Below, piece by piece: positions 29,343 through 38,300 of a stretch of 64,000 nt of DNA. Position numbers and translations under genes: made by a program. Position 1 is the stretch's first letter. Each line of letters opens with the position of its first letter. Origin of the DNA: Thermodesulfobacteriota bacterium (GTDB lineage: Bacteria > Desulfobacterota_D > UBA1144 > Nemesobacterales > UBA2774); NCBI GenBank assembly GCA_041753155.1, contig JBGSVA010000096.1, positions 2,036 through 66,035 of the forward strand. The letters are read 5' to 3'. The notes beneath the pieces are model-generated. The model worked only from the letters and a program-made list of their open reading frames with translations, was not told the DNA's origin and did not search any database.

Positions 29343-29485
29343 TGGGGAAATTACAGTACATGAATTCAAAGACAAAGACAGTATAGTTTTTGGAGTAATA
29401 ATTTGATAGAAGATTATTGGTTTGTTTTGTAATAACAGCCATCCTCTATCAATGATATGCATTCTAAGAATATTCTAAGAACCAT

Positions 29486-29544
29486 CCATAATTATTGTCA
29501 CCATACGGAATCTATAGACCATATGGAATAGATGGAAATCGTTT
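29486..29544 (+). repeat. 59-bp repeat, copy 2
   Basis: See 27581-27639. Confidence 0.7.
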
Positions 29545-29603
29545 TCTCTAGGTAACATATGAATATCTCAATGGTGCAGGAGCGTTATAGAATTCCCCTT
29601 AAT

Positions 29604-29650
29604 CGGACTTCTAATCCGTAGGTCGGGGGTTCGAATCCCTCCGGGCGCGC
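29604..29650 (+). repeat. copy of tRNA-Arg(TCT) nt 29-75 (anticodon stem to acceptor end): att-type right boundary of island C
   Basis: cggacttctaatccgtaggtcgggggttcgaatccctccgggcgcgc is identical to 24776-24822. Confidence 0.85.
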
Positions 29651-30060
29651 TCCTTCTTTCCGAAGTGAAGTGAAAGAGTTGCAAAATTTCAAGGGCGTCC
29701 AATTGCTCCTAATTTGACTTTTGCTATGTCTTCGAGATGTGGCCTTCACGCCCATGTATTCAGCCGGAAGTGACCAATTCCTCGCTTGCTCAGAATTGTT
29801 GTTCGCAATTGTTCCTCCGGGCGCGCCACATCTTCCCGAAGCATATTTACAGTGTTGCCATTTTCCACCAGCGTCCGGTTCTTGCGCACGCTCAGAACCG
29901 TTCTCCGGGCGCGCTCCTTCTTCTCGGAGTCAAGTAGGACATTTGCCGTATATCAAGGGCGTCCGATTGCTCGCTCGCTTACAATCGTTCTCCGGGCGCG
30001 CTCTCCTTTCCCGAAGCACAGTGGCTGTGTCGCCGATTTTTCCTGCCATTTATATTCGAT
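29640..30060 (+). repeat. array of about 5 diverged units of about 87 bp, each ending (t/c)TCCGGGCGCGC and carrying an internal hairpin
   Basis: Unit ends at 29650, 29826, 29914 and 30001. Unit starts are tccttctttccgaag / cacatcttcccgaag / tccttcttctcggag / tctcctttcccgaag. The core is GGGCGTCC-stem-loop-stem-TTCTCCGGGCGCGC. Confidence 0.7.
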
Positions 30061-30090
30061 AAACATGGGGGGATAGGTATTTTCATTAAG

Positions 30091-30106
30091 TGGCACAATA
30101 ATTGCC
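30091..30106 (+). promoter_or_regulatory. sigma54 (-24/-12) promoter upstream of fprA
   Basis: TGGCAC-AATAA-TTGCC matches TGGCAC-N5-TTGCW. It lies 86 nt before the TTG start at 30192. Confidence 0.65.
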
Positions 30107-30191
30107 ACTATGAATTACTCATATCGAAAACCGCCTCCCGCTATCGTCCGGCGGGTTGCAAACCAATCACGTTTAAGCGGAGGATTTTAAA

Positions 30192-31631
30192 TTGAGCAAT
30201 ATCGAAGCAAACTCAAATCCTATCAGAGCAGCTATAATCGGTTCGGGCCCTGCCGGGTTTTATGCCGCCGATCACCTGTTAAAGAGCAAGGAAGTCCAAG
30301 TGGAGATCGATATGTACGACAGGCTCCCTACGCCCCATGGACTCGTAAGGAGCGGAGTCGCGCCCGATCACCAGAAGATCAAATCGGTAACGAGGGTCTA
30401 TGACAAAATCGCGAAAGACCCGAGGTTCAGGTTCATAGGCTTCGTAGAATACGGCAAGCACATACATCTCGAAGACCTCGAAAAGCATTATCACATCGTA
30501 GTTTTCGCGACCGGCGCGCAGACCGACAGGCGCATGAATATCCCGGGCGAAGACCTCAGAGGGAGCCATCCAGCAACCGAGTTCGTCGCGTGGTATAACG
30601 GTCATCCCGATTACAGGAACCTCGAATTCGACCTTTCCTGCGAGACGGCGGCGATCATCGGAGTGGGCAACGTGGCGATCGACGCCGCGAGGATCCTGTG
30701 CCTCTCGGAAAGCGAGCTCAAAGCCACCGATATTGCGGACCACGCTCTCAAAACCCTGCTAAACAGCAGGATCAGGGATATATATATAATAGGCCGCCGG
30801 GGCCCGGCTCAGGCCTCGTTCACGAACCCGGAGCTCCGCGAGCTCGGCGAGCTCGAAGACGCGGCCCCGGTTGCGCTCGGAGAAGAGGTCGAGCCCGACG
30901 AGCTCTCGCTTGAGGAAATCGAAAAGAGCGGCGACGATGCGGTAGTGAGGAGACTGGGGATACTTAAAGAATATGCCTCCAATACCTCTCTCGATAAAGG
31001 CAAGAGGCTCCACCTGAGATTCCTGCTATCCCCCGTCGAGATAATCGACAGGGGCGACGGGAGCGCGGGCGTCCTTCGCCTTGCGAAAAACGAGCTCTAC
31101 AGGTCAGAGGACGGCAGCATAAGGTCGAGAGCCTCAGGCCAGCACATAGAAATACCCGCCGGCCTCGTGTTCCGCTCGATAGGTTATCAGGGAATACCTC
31201 TCCCCGGAGTCCCTTTCAACCACAAATGGGGGACGATACATAACGAGAAGGGAAGGGTTACAGCCCCCGGGACTAACGCGCAGATTCCGGGCCTGTACAC
31301 GACCGGCTGGATCAAGCGGGGCGCTTCGGGAGTCATCGGCACGAATAAAACGGACTCGGCGGAAACGGTCGCCTGCATTATTGAGGACGTCAAAAACGGA
31401 ATCACGCTCACGTCCGGGAGTACCGGAAACGGCCGGGTGGAGGAATTAATAAGGGAAAGGCAGCCACACTACGTGACTTATGAGGACTGGCTCAGGATTG
31501 ACAGCCTGGAGGTGGCGAGAGGGGAGGAATGCGGAAGACCGCGACTCAAATTCACGACGATCGAGGAGATATTTACAGCATTAAAAGGAGCGGGTTACGT
31601 GACTGAACACTTCGGCGCCGAGAAAAGGTGA
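30192..31631 (+). CDS. fprA: FprA/adrenodoxin-reductase-type NADPH:ferredoxin oxidoreductase
   Basis: AAIIGSGPAGFYAADHLLK...YDRLPTPHGLVRSGVAPDHQKIKSV...AAIIGVGNVAIDAARIL. Confidence 0.8.
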   Translation: MSNIEANSNPIRAAIIGSGPAGFYAADHLLKSKEVQVEIDMYDRLPTPHGLVRSGVAPDHQKIKSVTRVYDKIAKDPRFRFIGFVEYGKHIHLEDLEKHYHIVVFATGAQTDRRMNIPGEDLRGSHPATEFVAWYNGHPDYRNLEFDLSCETAAIIGVGNVAIDAARILCLSESELKATDIADHALKTLLNSRIRDIYIIGRRGPAQASFTNPELRELGELEDAAPVALGEEVEPDELSLEEIEKSGDDAVVRRLGILKEYASNTSLDKGKRLHLRFLLSPVEIIDRGDGSAGVLRLAKNELYRSEDGSIRSRASGQHIEIPAGLVFRSIGYQGIPLPGVPFNHKWGTIHNEKGRVTAPGTNAQIPGLYTTGWIKRGASGVIGTNKTDSAETVACIIEDVKNGITLTSGSTGNGRVEELIRERQPHYVTYEDWLRIDSLEVARGEECGRPRLKFTTIEEIFTALKGAGYVTEHFGAEKR

Positions 31632-31778
31632 TCTTTTCGCAGCTGCGCACGAGCCCCTGGCCGGCATATATAACCGGCCGGTTTACGTGCCGCACCCTTC
31701 TCAAGTTGGGCGGCAGGGGTTTGAGCAGATTCATGGGATTACTCCTGAAAAAAGTAACCCCCGTGTGTCATTTTGTAA

Positions 31779-31808
31779 ACAATTTTGTAAGGTATCTTAC
31801 AAATTTGT
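31779..31808. promoter_or_regulatory. 30-bp palindromic upstream activator site (contains TGT-N10-ACA)
   Basis: ACAATTTTGTAA-GGTATC-TTACAAATTTGT. The core TGTAAGGTATCTTACA is at 31786-31801, about 100 bp upstream of the sigma54 promoter. Confidence 0.6.
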
Positions 31809-31894
31809 AAGTTTATACAAATCGGCTGCCGTCTCCCATCCCCCGTTACGCCCTAAACTTGGCATTTTCTCCATTGTGCAGTGCAGAAGAAAAA

Positions 31895-31910
31895 TGGCAT
31901 ACAAGTTGCA
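31895..31910 (+). promoter_or_regulatory. sigma54 promoter of the nitrite/nitrate reductase operon
   Basis: TGGCAT-ACAAG-TTGCA. Confidence 0.7.
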
Positions 31911-32043
31911 TCTTCTTACATCCGTATGAGTTTCCCGGATTCAGCAAATCCTCAATACACCGGGCAGTGAAGCTATAAAACCGAACCCCCGTTAACAGAG
32001 CGAGGGCCGGGCGCTGCTTCGCGAACGTACAGGAGAAGAACGC

Positions 32044-35000
32044 ATGTGTGTATCAAGGGAGAGAGTAGTCGTCATAGGTAACGGGATGGTGGGACAATCC
32101 GCCGTCGAGCACATACTCAGAAACAAGAATGAAAAAATAGAGATCGTCGTCTTCGGCGAGGAGCCCGACCACAGTTATAACAGGATTCTCTTATCCGAGG
32201 TCTTATCGGGGAAGAAGAGCTTCTCCCAGCTCTACCTGAAAAAAAGAAAGTGGTTCGAAGAAAACGGGGTAAAGCTCTATACACGCTCGCGCGTAACCGA
32301 GATAGACACCGCGGGCGGCAGGGTCCGCTCGGAAAACGGGTTCTCTTCGCCGTACGATAAACTGCTCATAGCGACCGGGAGCGTCGCTTTCATCCCGCCT
32401 ATAAAAGGGGCCGACAAGAACGGCGTATTCGCATACAGGACGATAGACGACGTCTGGTCGATGCTCGAGGTGTCACGATACAAAAAGAACGCGGTAGTGA
32501 TAGGAGGGGGTCTCCTCGGGCTCGAAGCCGCGAAGGCCCTCAAGGACAACGGTATGGAAGTGACTGTGGTCCACCTCGTCGATCACCTGATGGAGCAGCA
32601 GCTCGATTACGATTCCGGGCTGATGCTGGAGAGGCTCATTGAGAAGCTGGGGATAAGGTTCAGGATGAAGGCGGTCACGGAAGAGATACTCGGCGAGGGA
32701 AGGGCGGAGGCGGTCAGGCTAGAGTCGGGTGAAATACTCGATGCCGACCTCGTGCTAATATGCACGGGCATAAGACCCAACGTCGAGCTCGCAAAAAAAG
32801 CGGGGGCGCTGGTGAAGAGGGGGATCGTGGTGAACGACTACCTTCAGACGAGCCTCGACAACATCTATGCGTTAGGCGAGTGCGTCGAGCACAGGGGATC
32901 GGTTTACGGGCTCTTCGATCCGTTAATAGCGCAGGCGCGCGTGGTCGCCGATTCCGTCGCCGGAAACGGGGATTCCGTGTACGAAGGGTCCCTCGTATCG
33001 GCAGTGCTGAAAGTAGCCGGTGTAAATCTGGTGTCCGTGGGCAGCTTCAACGGAGGGGAAGGGTGCGAGGACCTGGTTTACTCGGACCCGGAGCGCGGTG
33101 TATACAAGAAGCTCGTATTCAAAGACAACCATATAGTAGGCGCAATATTCCTGGGAGACATAAAAGATTACAGAAAGATTTTCAAATTTATAACCGATAA
33201 AGTCAGCGTAAACGGGAACAGGCAGGACCTCCTGCTCGGCGACCGCGCGGACAAGGCAGCTCCAAAAACTTCGGAAGAGAACGTCCGGGCCGATGAGCCC
33301 GAGCTCAAAGACATCCCGCTCACTCCCGAGAATCCAATGTACGCATCTCAGGACCTGCACCCCCGTCCTCCCAAGAGCCCGTGGTTAGGAAAGATCAACC
33401 CCGGAGAGATCAAAGCGCGCGGGATGGAAGTCGATTTCGACCGTTACAGGAAAGAGGGCTTCGCCTCGATAGACCCGAGCGATTTTCTGAGACTTAAGTC
33501 GCACGGGTACTGCAGCCAGAAACAGGAAGGATACTTCATGAGGCGCATCAGGGTGCCGGGAGGACAGATTACTGCGCCGCAGCTCATGACCGTAGCGGAA
33601 TTAGCCGAGAAATACGGCGGTTGGGTGCACATCACCACGCGTCAGGCCCTCGAGCTCCACTGGACGACGATAAACGACGCCGAGATCGACGAGCGGCTGA
33701 GGCAAGTCGGCCTCTCGACGCGCTCCGCGTGCGGGCATGCGATAAGGAATGTCACCTGCTCTGAGGAGGCCGGGATAGGGGCGGACGAAATACTCGACGT
33801 GAGGCCCTGGGTGAAAGTGGCCCATGATTACATAGTAACGAATTCGCTTGCGATCAATAAGAAACTCCCCCGGAAGATGAACGTCTACTTTGCGAATAGT
33901 CCGCAGCACCGCTCTCATGCCATGGTGAACGACATCGGTTACGTCGCCGTCGAGGCTGCGCACGAAGGCTCTCTAGTTCCCGGATTCGAGGTATGGGTCG
34001 GAGGCAGTCTCGGCTCGAAGCCCCATTTATCTCAAAGACTAATAGAGTTCATCCCTCCCGAGCAGACCGTTCCGGTCCTGAAAACTATAATAGAAATTTA
34101 TTCGAGGCACGGGAACATGAGCGAGAGCAAGAACCCCCGCTTGAAAGAGCTCGTCGAGACCTGGGGCTTCGACAAGTTCCGGGAGGAGTTCTCGAGCATC
34201 TACTACTCTAAATTCTCCCCGCTCCACGGCGTGGAAGTGAAAGACGACCCCTCCTATCACGGAGAAATCGATAAGGAAGGAATTTATCCGCAGAAGCAGG
34301 AAGGGTATTTCAGGGTCGTAGTGAGAGTGCCGCTCGGGGAGCTGACCGCGGCGCAAACTAAATGCATCTCGAGACTATGCCTCGATTATGCCGACGGGAA
34401 AATTCAGAACACGATGCAGCAGAATTTCGAGCTCCAGTGGGTGAGGAAGGACAAGCTCCCGAAGCTCCTTGCGGAGTTGGGCGCAATCGGGCTCGGACCG
34501 AAAGGCTCGGGCTCAATACTCGACGTGATGGCCTGCCCGGGCACCACCTTCTGCGTCTGGGGGGTTTCGAACTCGCAGGGTACGGGCGATTCGCTCATAA
34601 GGCACCTCGGCGGGAAAGGCTATCTCGAGGACGGGGAGATAAGAAAGCTGCGTATACAAATATCGGGCTGCCCCAATAGCTGCGCCCAGCACCAGGTGGC
34701 CGATATAGGACTATCGGGGAGCGCGGGAAAATATTTTCTATACCTGGGCGGCCACATGAACGGCACCACAAAGGTGGGGGAAGTAGTGAGAAGAAATATA
34801 GTTGCGAGCGAAGTCAACGACACGATCGATACTGTCCTCAGGACCTACATCGAGATGAGGGACGAAGGAGAACCCTTCGCCGGCTTCGTCCACAGAGTGG
34901 GGATCGACAATCTCGCGGAGATAATAGCGGGGCTCCTGGATTCGCCCGAGGCTGCCGAAGCCCGTAAGAAATTAGAGAAGACTGAAACTGCCCTGTCCAA

Positions 35001-35274
35001 AGATCTGGCTCAGGGAGAATTCTCGGTCAAGTTCAAGGTGAGCGGCAAAACCCTCACCGTCAAAGGTACTGAAACGATATTACAGAAAGGGCTCGACGAG
35101 GGGTTGAGCCTGCCCTTCAGCTGTCAGCAGGGCGTCTGCGGGACCTGCAAGCTCAGAGTGAGGGGCAGGTTCGAGCAGGGCAACGTCGAGGGGATAACAC
35201 CCGAAGAGATAGCGTCGGGAGAGGCGCTCATCTGCATGGCGAAACCGAGAGGAGATATGGAGGTGGACGCGTAG
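32044..35274 (+). CDS. triple-fusion reductase: NirB-like FAD/NAD(P)H module + two siroheme nitrite/sulfite-reductase repeats + C-terminal plant-type [2Fe-2S] ferredoxin
   Basis: VVVIGNGMVGQSAVEHIL and AVVIGGGLLGLEAAKAL (Rossmann motifs). ACPGTTFC...SGCPNSCAQHQVADIGLSG (siroheme/4Fe-4S Cys). SCQQGVCGTCKLRV...ALICMA (ferredoxin). Confidence 0.75.
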   Translation: MCVSRERVVVIGNGMVGQSAVEHILRNKNEKIEIVVFGEEPDHSYNRILLSEVLSGKKSFSQLYLKKRKWFEENGVKLYTRSRVTEIDTAGGRVRSENGFSSPYDKLLIATGSVAFIPPIKGADKNGVFAYRTIDDVWSMLEVSRYKKNAVVIGGGLLGLEAAKALKDNGMEVTVVHLVDHLMEQQLDYDSGLMLERLIEKLGIRFRMKAVTEEILGEGRAEAVRLESGEILDADLVLICTGIRPNVELAKKAGALVKRGIVVNDYLQTSLDNIYALGECVEHRGSVYGLFDPLIAQARVVADSVAGNGDSVYEGSLVSAVLKVAGVNLVSVGSFNGGEGCEDLVYSDPERGVYKKLVFKDNHIVGAIFLGDIKDYRKIFKFITDKVSVNGNRQDLLLGDRADKAAPKTSEENVRADEPELKDIPLTPENPMYASQDLHPRPPKSPWLGKINPGEIKARGMEVDFDRYRKEGFASIDPSDFLRLKSHGYCSQKQEGYFMRRIRVPGGQITAPQLMTVAELAEKYGGWVHITTRQALELHWTTINDAEIDERLRQVGLSTRSACGHAIRNVTCSEEAGIGADEILDVRPWVKVAHDYIVTNSLAINKKLPRKMNVYFANSPQHRSHAMVNDIGYVAVEAAHEGSLVPGFEVWVGGSLGSKPHLSQRLIEFIPPEQTVPVLKTIIEIYSRHGNMSESKNPRLKELVETWGFDKFREEFSSIYYSKFSPLHGVEVKDDPSYHGEIDKEGIYPQKQEGYFRVVVRVPLGELTAAQTKCISRLCLDYADGKIQNTMQQNFELQWVRKDKLPKLLAELGAIGLGPKGSGSILDVMACPGTTFCVWGVSNSQGTGDSLIRHLGGKGYLEDGEIRKLRIQISGCPNSCAQHQVADIGLSGSAGKYFLYLGGHMNGTTKVGEVVRRNIVASEVNDTIDTVLRTYIEMRDEGEPFAGFVHRVGIDNLAEIIAGLLDSPEAAEARKKLEKTETALSKDLAQGEFSVKFKVSGKTLTVKGTETILQKGLDEGLSLPFSCQQGVCGTCKLRVRGRFEQGNVEGITPEEIASGEALICMAKPRGDMEVDA

Positions 35275-35323
35275 AGGGGATCGATAAAATTATTAAATTC
35301 AAAATACGACGGGGACCAGCACT

Positions 35324-38300
35324 TTGGAACTGAATCCAGCTAATCAGCATAGAACCGTGTGTCCCTACTGCGGGGTAGGGTGCGGGGTAATCCTCGAGAC
35401 AGGCGGAGGGAAAGTCCTCGGCGTCAGGGGCGACCCGGACCATCCCTCGAATTGGGGGAAGCTCTGCTCGAAGGGACTCAACCTTCATCACACGATCCAC
35501 AAGAAGGACAGACTCACGCACCCGTTGATGAGAGACTCCAGGCTCTCCCCGTTCACTTCGACTACATGGGATAAAGCGTTAGACAGGATCGCCGACAAAT
35601 TCCGGAGTCTTATAAATGATTACGGGCCTGAGTCGATAGCCTTTTATATTTCCGGGCAGCTCCTCACCGAAGATTATTACGTCGTCAACAAGCTCTCGAA
35701 GGGGTTCCTCAAGGTGAACAACCTCGATTCCAATTCCCGCCTCTGCATGTCCTCAGCCGTCATGGGGTACAGACGGGCGTTCGGCGTGGACGCACCGCCC
35801 TGCTCTTACGAGGACATAAAGCACACGGACTGCGTATTCATAATCGGCTCAAACATGGCCTACTGCCATCCCGTCGTGTTCATGCAGTTAGCCGAAGAGA
35901 AGGAGAAAAAGGGAGACGGTCTCAAGATCATCGTGGCCGATCCGAGGAAAACGCCTACCGCAGGCATAGCCGACATATTCATACCGCTCAAGCCGGGCAC
36001 GGACGTGGCGCTGCTTAATTCCATGATCCACGTGCTCATCGAAAACGGTCTCGTCGATGACGGCTACGTAAACTCGTACACGGAAGGTTTCGACAGTCTT
36101 AAGGAAACTGTCGGAGAATACACGCCGGAAAAAGTATCGGAAATCTGCGGCATACCGGCGAGCCTCATAACAGAGGCTGCTCTCGCGTTCGGAAGAGCGG
36201 ACGCGGCAATGAGCTTCTGGGCGATGGGCCTCAACCAGAGCAGCTCGGGCACTGACAAGAACAACGCGCTCATAAATCTATCCATCGTCACGGGAAACGT
36301 CGGGAAACCGGGCGCAGGCCCCTTCTCGCTCACGGGGCAGGCAAACGCCATGGGGGGCAGGGAGACGGGCGGGCTTGCCAACATCCTGCCCGGACACCGC
36401 TACATGGCGGATGCGGAGCATAGAAAAGAGATAGGGGAGAAATGGGGCGCGGACGAGCTCTCTCCGGCAAAAGGGCTCACGGCGGTAGAGATATACGACG
36501 GGATAAATAACGGCAAGATAAAAGCCGTATGGATAATATGCACTAATCCTGTCGTATCGCTTCCCAACGGCGCGAAAGTAGAAGACGCTCTCGGGAAAGC
36601 CGAGCTCGTCATAGTCCAGGACATCTTCCACCCGACGGATACCACAATTTTCGGAGACATCCTCCTCCCCGCAGCCGGCTTCAGCGAGAAGGAAGGGACG
36701 ATGACGAACCAGGAGCGGAGGATATCTCACATCGCGAAAGCTATCGATCCCCCAGGCGTTGCGATGCCGGACTGGCAGATATTCACGAAGTTTGCGCATA
36801 AGATGGGCTTCGGCGAGCATTTCAAATACGAGCGGGCAGAAGACGTTTTCGAGGAATATAAGCAATTGAGCAGAGACCGGGACGTCGATATCAGGGGCGT
36901 AACGTACGAGAGGCTGAACGGATCGGGGCCCATACAGTGGCCCTGCCCCGACGCCGGGCACCCTGGCACCCCGAGATTATATACGGACGGAATCTTTCAT
37001 ACGGAGAGCGGGAAAGCAAAAATTATGACTGTGCATTACAACCCGCAGAAGGAAGTCCCCGACCCCGAGTATCCGCTAGTATTCACGACAGGGCGCGTGA
37101 GGGACCAGTGGCACACGATGACGAAGACCGGAAAGGTGGAGAGCCTCACGAAGAACGAGCCCGAGCCCGTACTTGAAATAAACCCTGAAGACGCCGAAAC
37201 ATACGGTCTCCGGGAGGGCGACCTCGCTCTCGTGGAATCGCGGAGAGGGAAAACGACTGTGCGGTGCAAGGTGACGGACAGGGTGAGGGAAGGAACAGTA
37301 TTCCTGCCGTTTCACTGGGGGAGACTCCTTGCGAATAACGGGAGGGCGAACCTCCTGACTTTAGAAGCGATCGACCCTTACTCCCAGCAGCCGGAATTCA
37401 AGGCGTGCGCGGTCAGGGTGAAGAGGAAGTCGTTCGACGAGAGCGTGAGAGTCCTCATACTCGGTAATGACCCGGCCGCGCCTGAGCTGGCGGGCGGGAT
37501 CAACGGCATAAATCCCAACGTGGATATAACACTCGTCACTTCTGCCGAGAACGTGTCGAACGGCGGTATAAGAATCAGCAGAAAAATTCCCGTGAACATC
37601 GACACGGACAGAAAGATCGTCGAATTCGCCGACGGTGATGCGCTCGGCTACGATAAGCTCGTATTTTCTCCGGGAAAGAAGACTTACCTTCCGCCTATAA
37701 AGGGGTTTTCATTCGAAGGTATAAGGGCAATACGCAATTTTGAAGAAGCAAAAAAGCTGATCGCAAAGGAGCTCGTCCTCGGAAAAACGGTCGTGATGGG
37801 CTCGAGACCCTCCGCTATTGAAACCGCGGATTTGTTAAAGTCCCGCGGGGCGGACGAGGTTTATCTCATAGACCCCGACAATGTGCTCCTCGACAAATAC
37901 GTCGATTACGAAGGCTCCCAATTTATTTATCACAAGCTGACAAAGAAAGGGATAAAGATAATCCTGGGCGCGGAAGTTGAAGAGATCGTAGAAAAAGAGG
38001 GGCGAAAAAAAATAGTGCTCGGGCGCGGGAGGGAAATAGACGCGGACCTCATATTCATCGAATCCATAATGAAGCCCGATCTGGAGCTGCCTCTTAAGAC
38101 CGGCCTTCTCATCAATAAAGGGTTAGTCGCGGGCGAGCAGATGGAGACGAATATCCCCGACGTATACGCCGTAGGGAAAACAGCGGAGGTCAAAGGGGTG
38201 ATCACGAACGACCCTGAGCTCCTGAAGATGCAGGCCGATGTATTGGCGAGACACATTAGCGGCGACCCGACGGCGCGTTACACGGAGTCGGTCGACGCGA

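Larger units (their letters stand above)
24825..29603 (+). mobile_element. decayed island C between the intact tRNA-Arg and its 3' copy (no intact integrase)
   Basis: Bounded by 24824 and the copy at 29604-29650. AT-rich. Contains IS3 fragments, truncated Xis-like genes and internal direct repeats. Confidence 0.6.

Noticed and set aside
29640-30060. Regularly spaced repeats that might suggest a CRISPR array.
   Set aside because: The whole 87-bp unit is repeated and diverged, so there is no conserved repeat with unique spacers. Units are too long, and there are no cas genes in the window.
29721-30076. Three overlapping + strand ORFs (66-113 aa) over the repeat array.
   Set aside because: They are mutually overlapping in all three frames, and their periodic sequence is imposed by the 87-bp repeat. 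This makes them non-coding.
31786-31801. TGTA-N8-TACA at both 31786 and 43664 is also a perfect cyanobacterial NtcA box (GTA-N8-TAC).
   Set aside because: NtcA acts at about -41.5 of sigma70-type promoters. Here each site sits about 100 bp upstream of a near-consensus sigma54 -24/-12 element, and a NifA-like activator is encoded in the cluster. I therefore read it as a bEBP UAS. A Crp-family alternative is not fully excluded.
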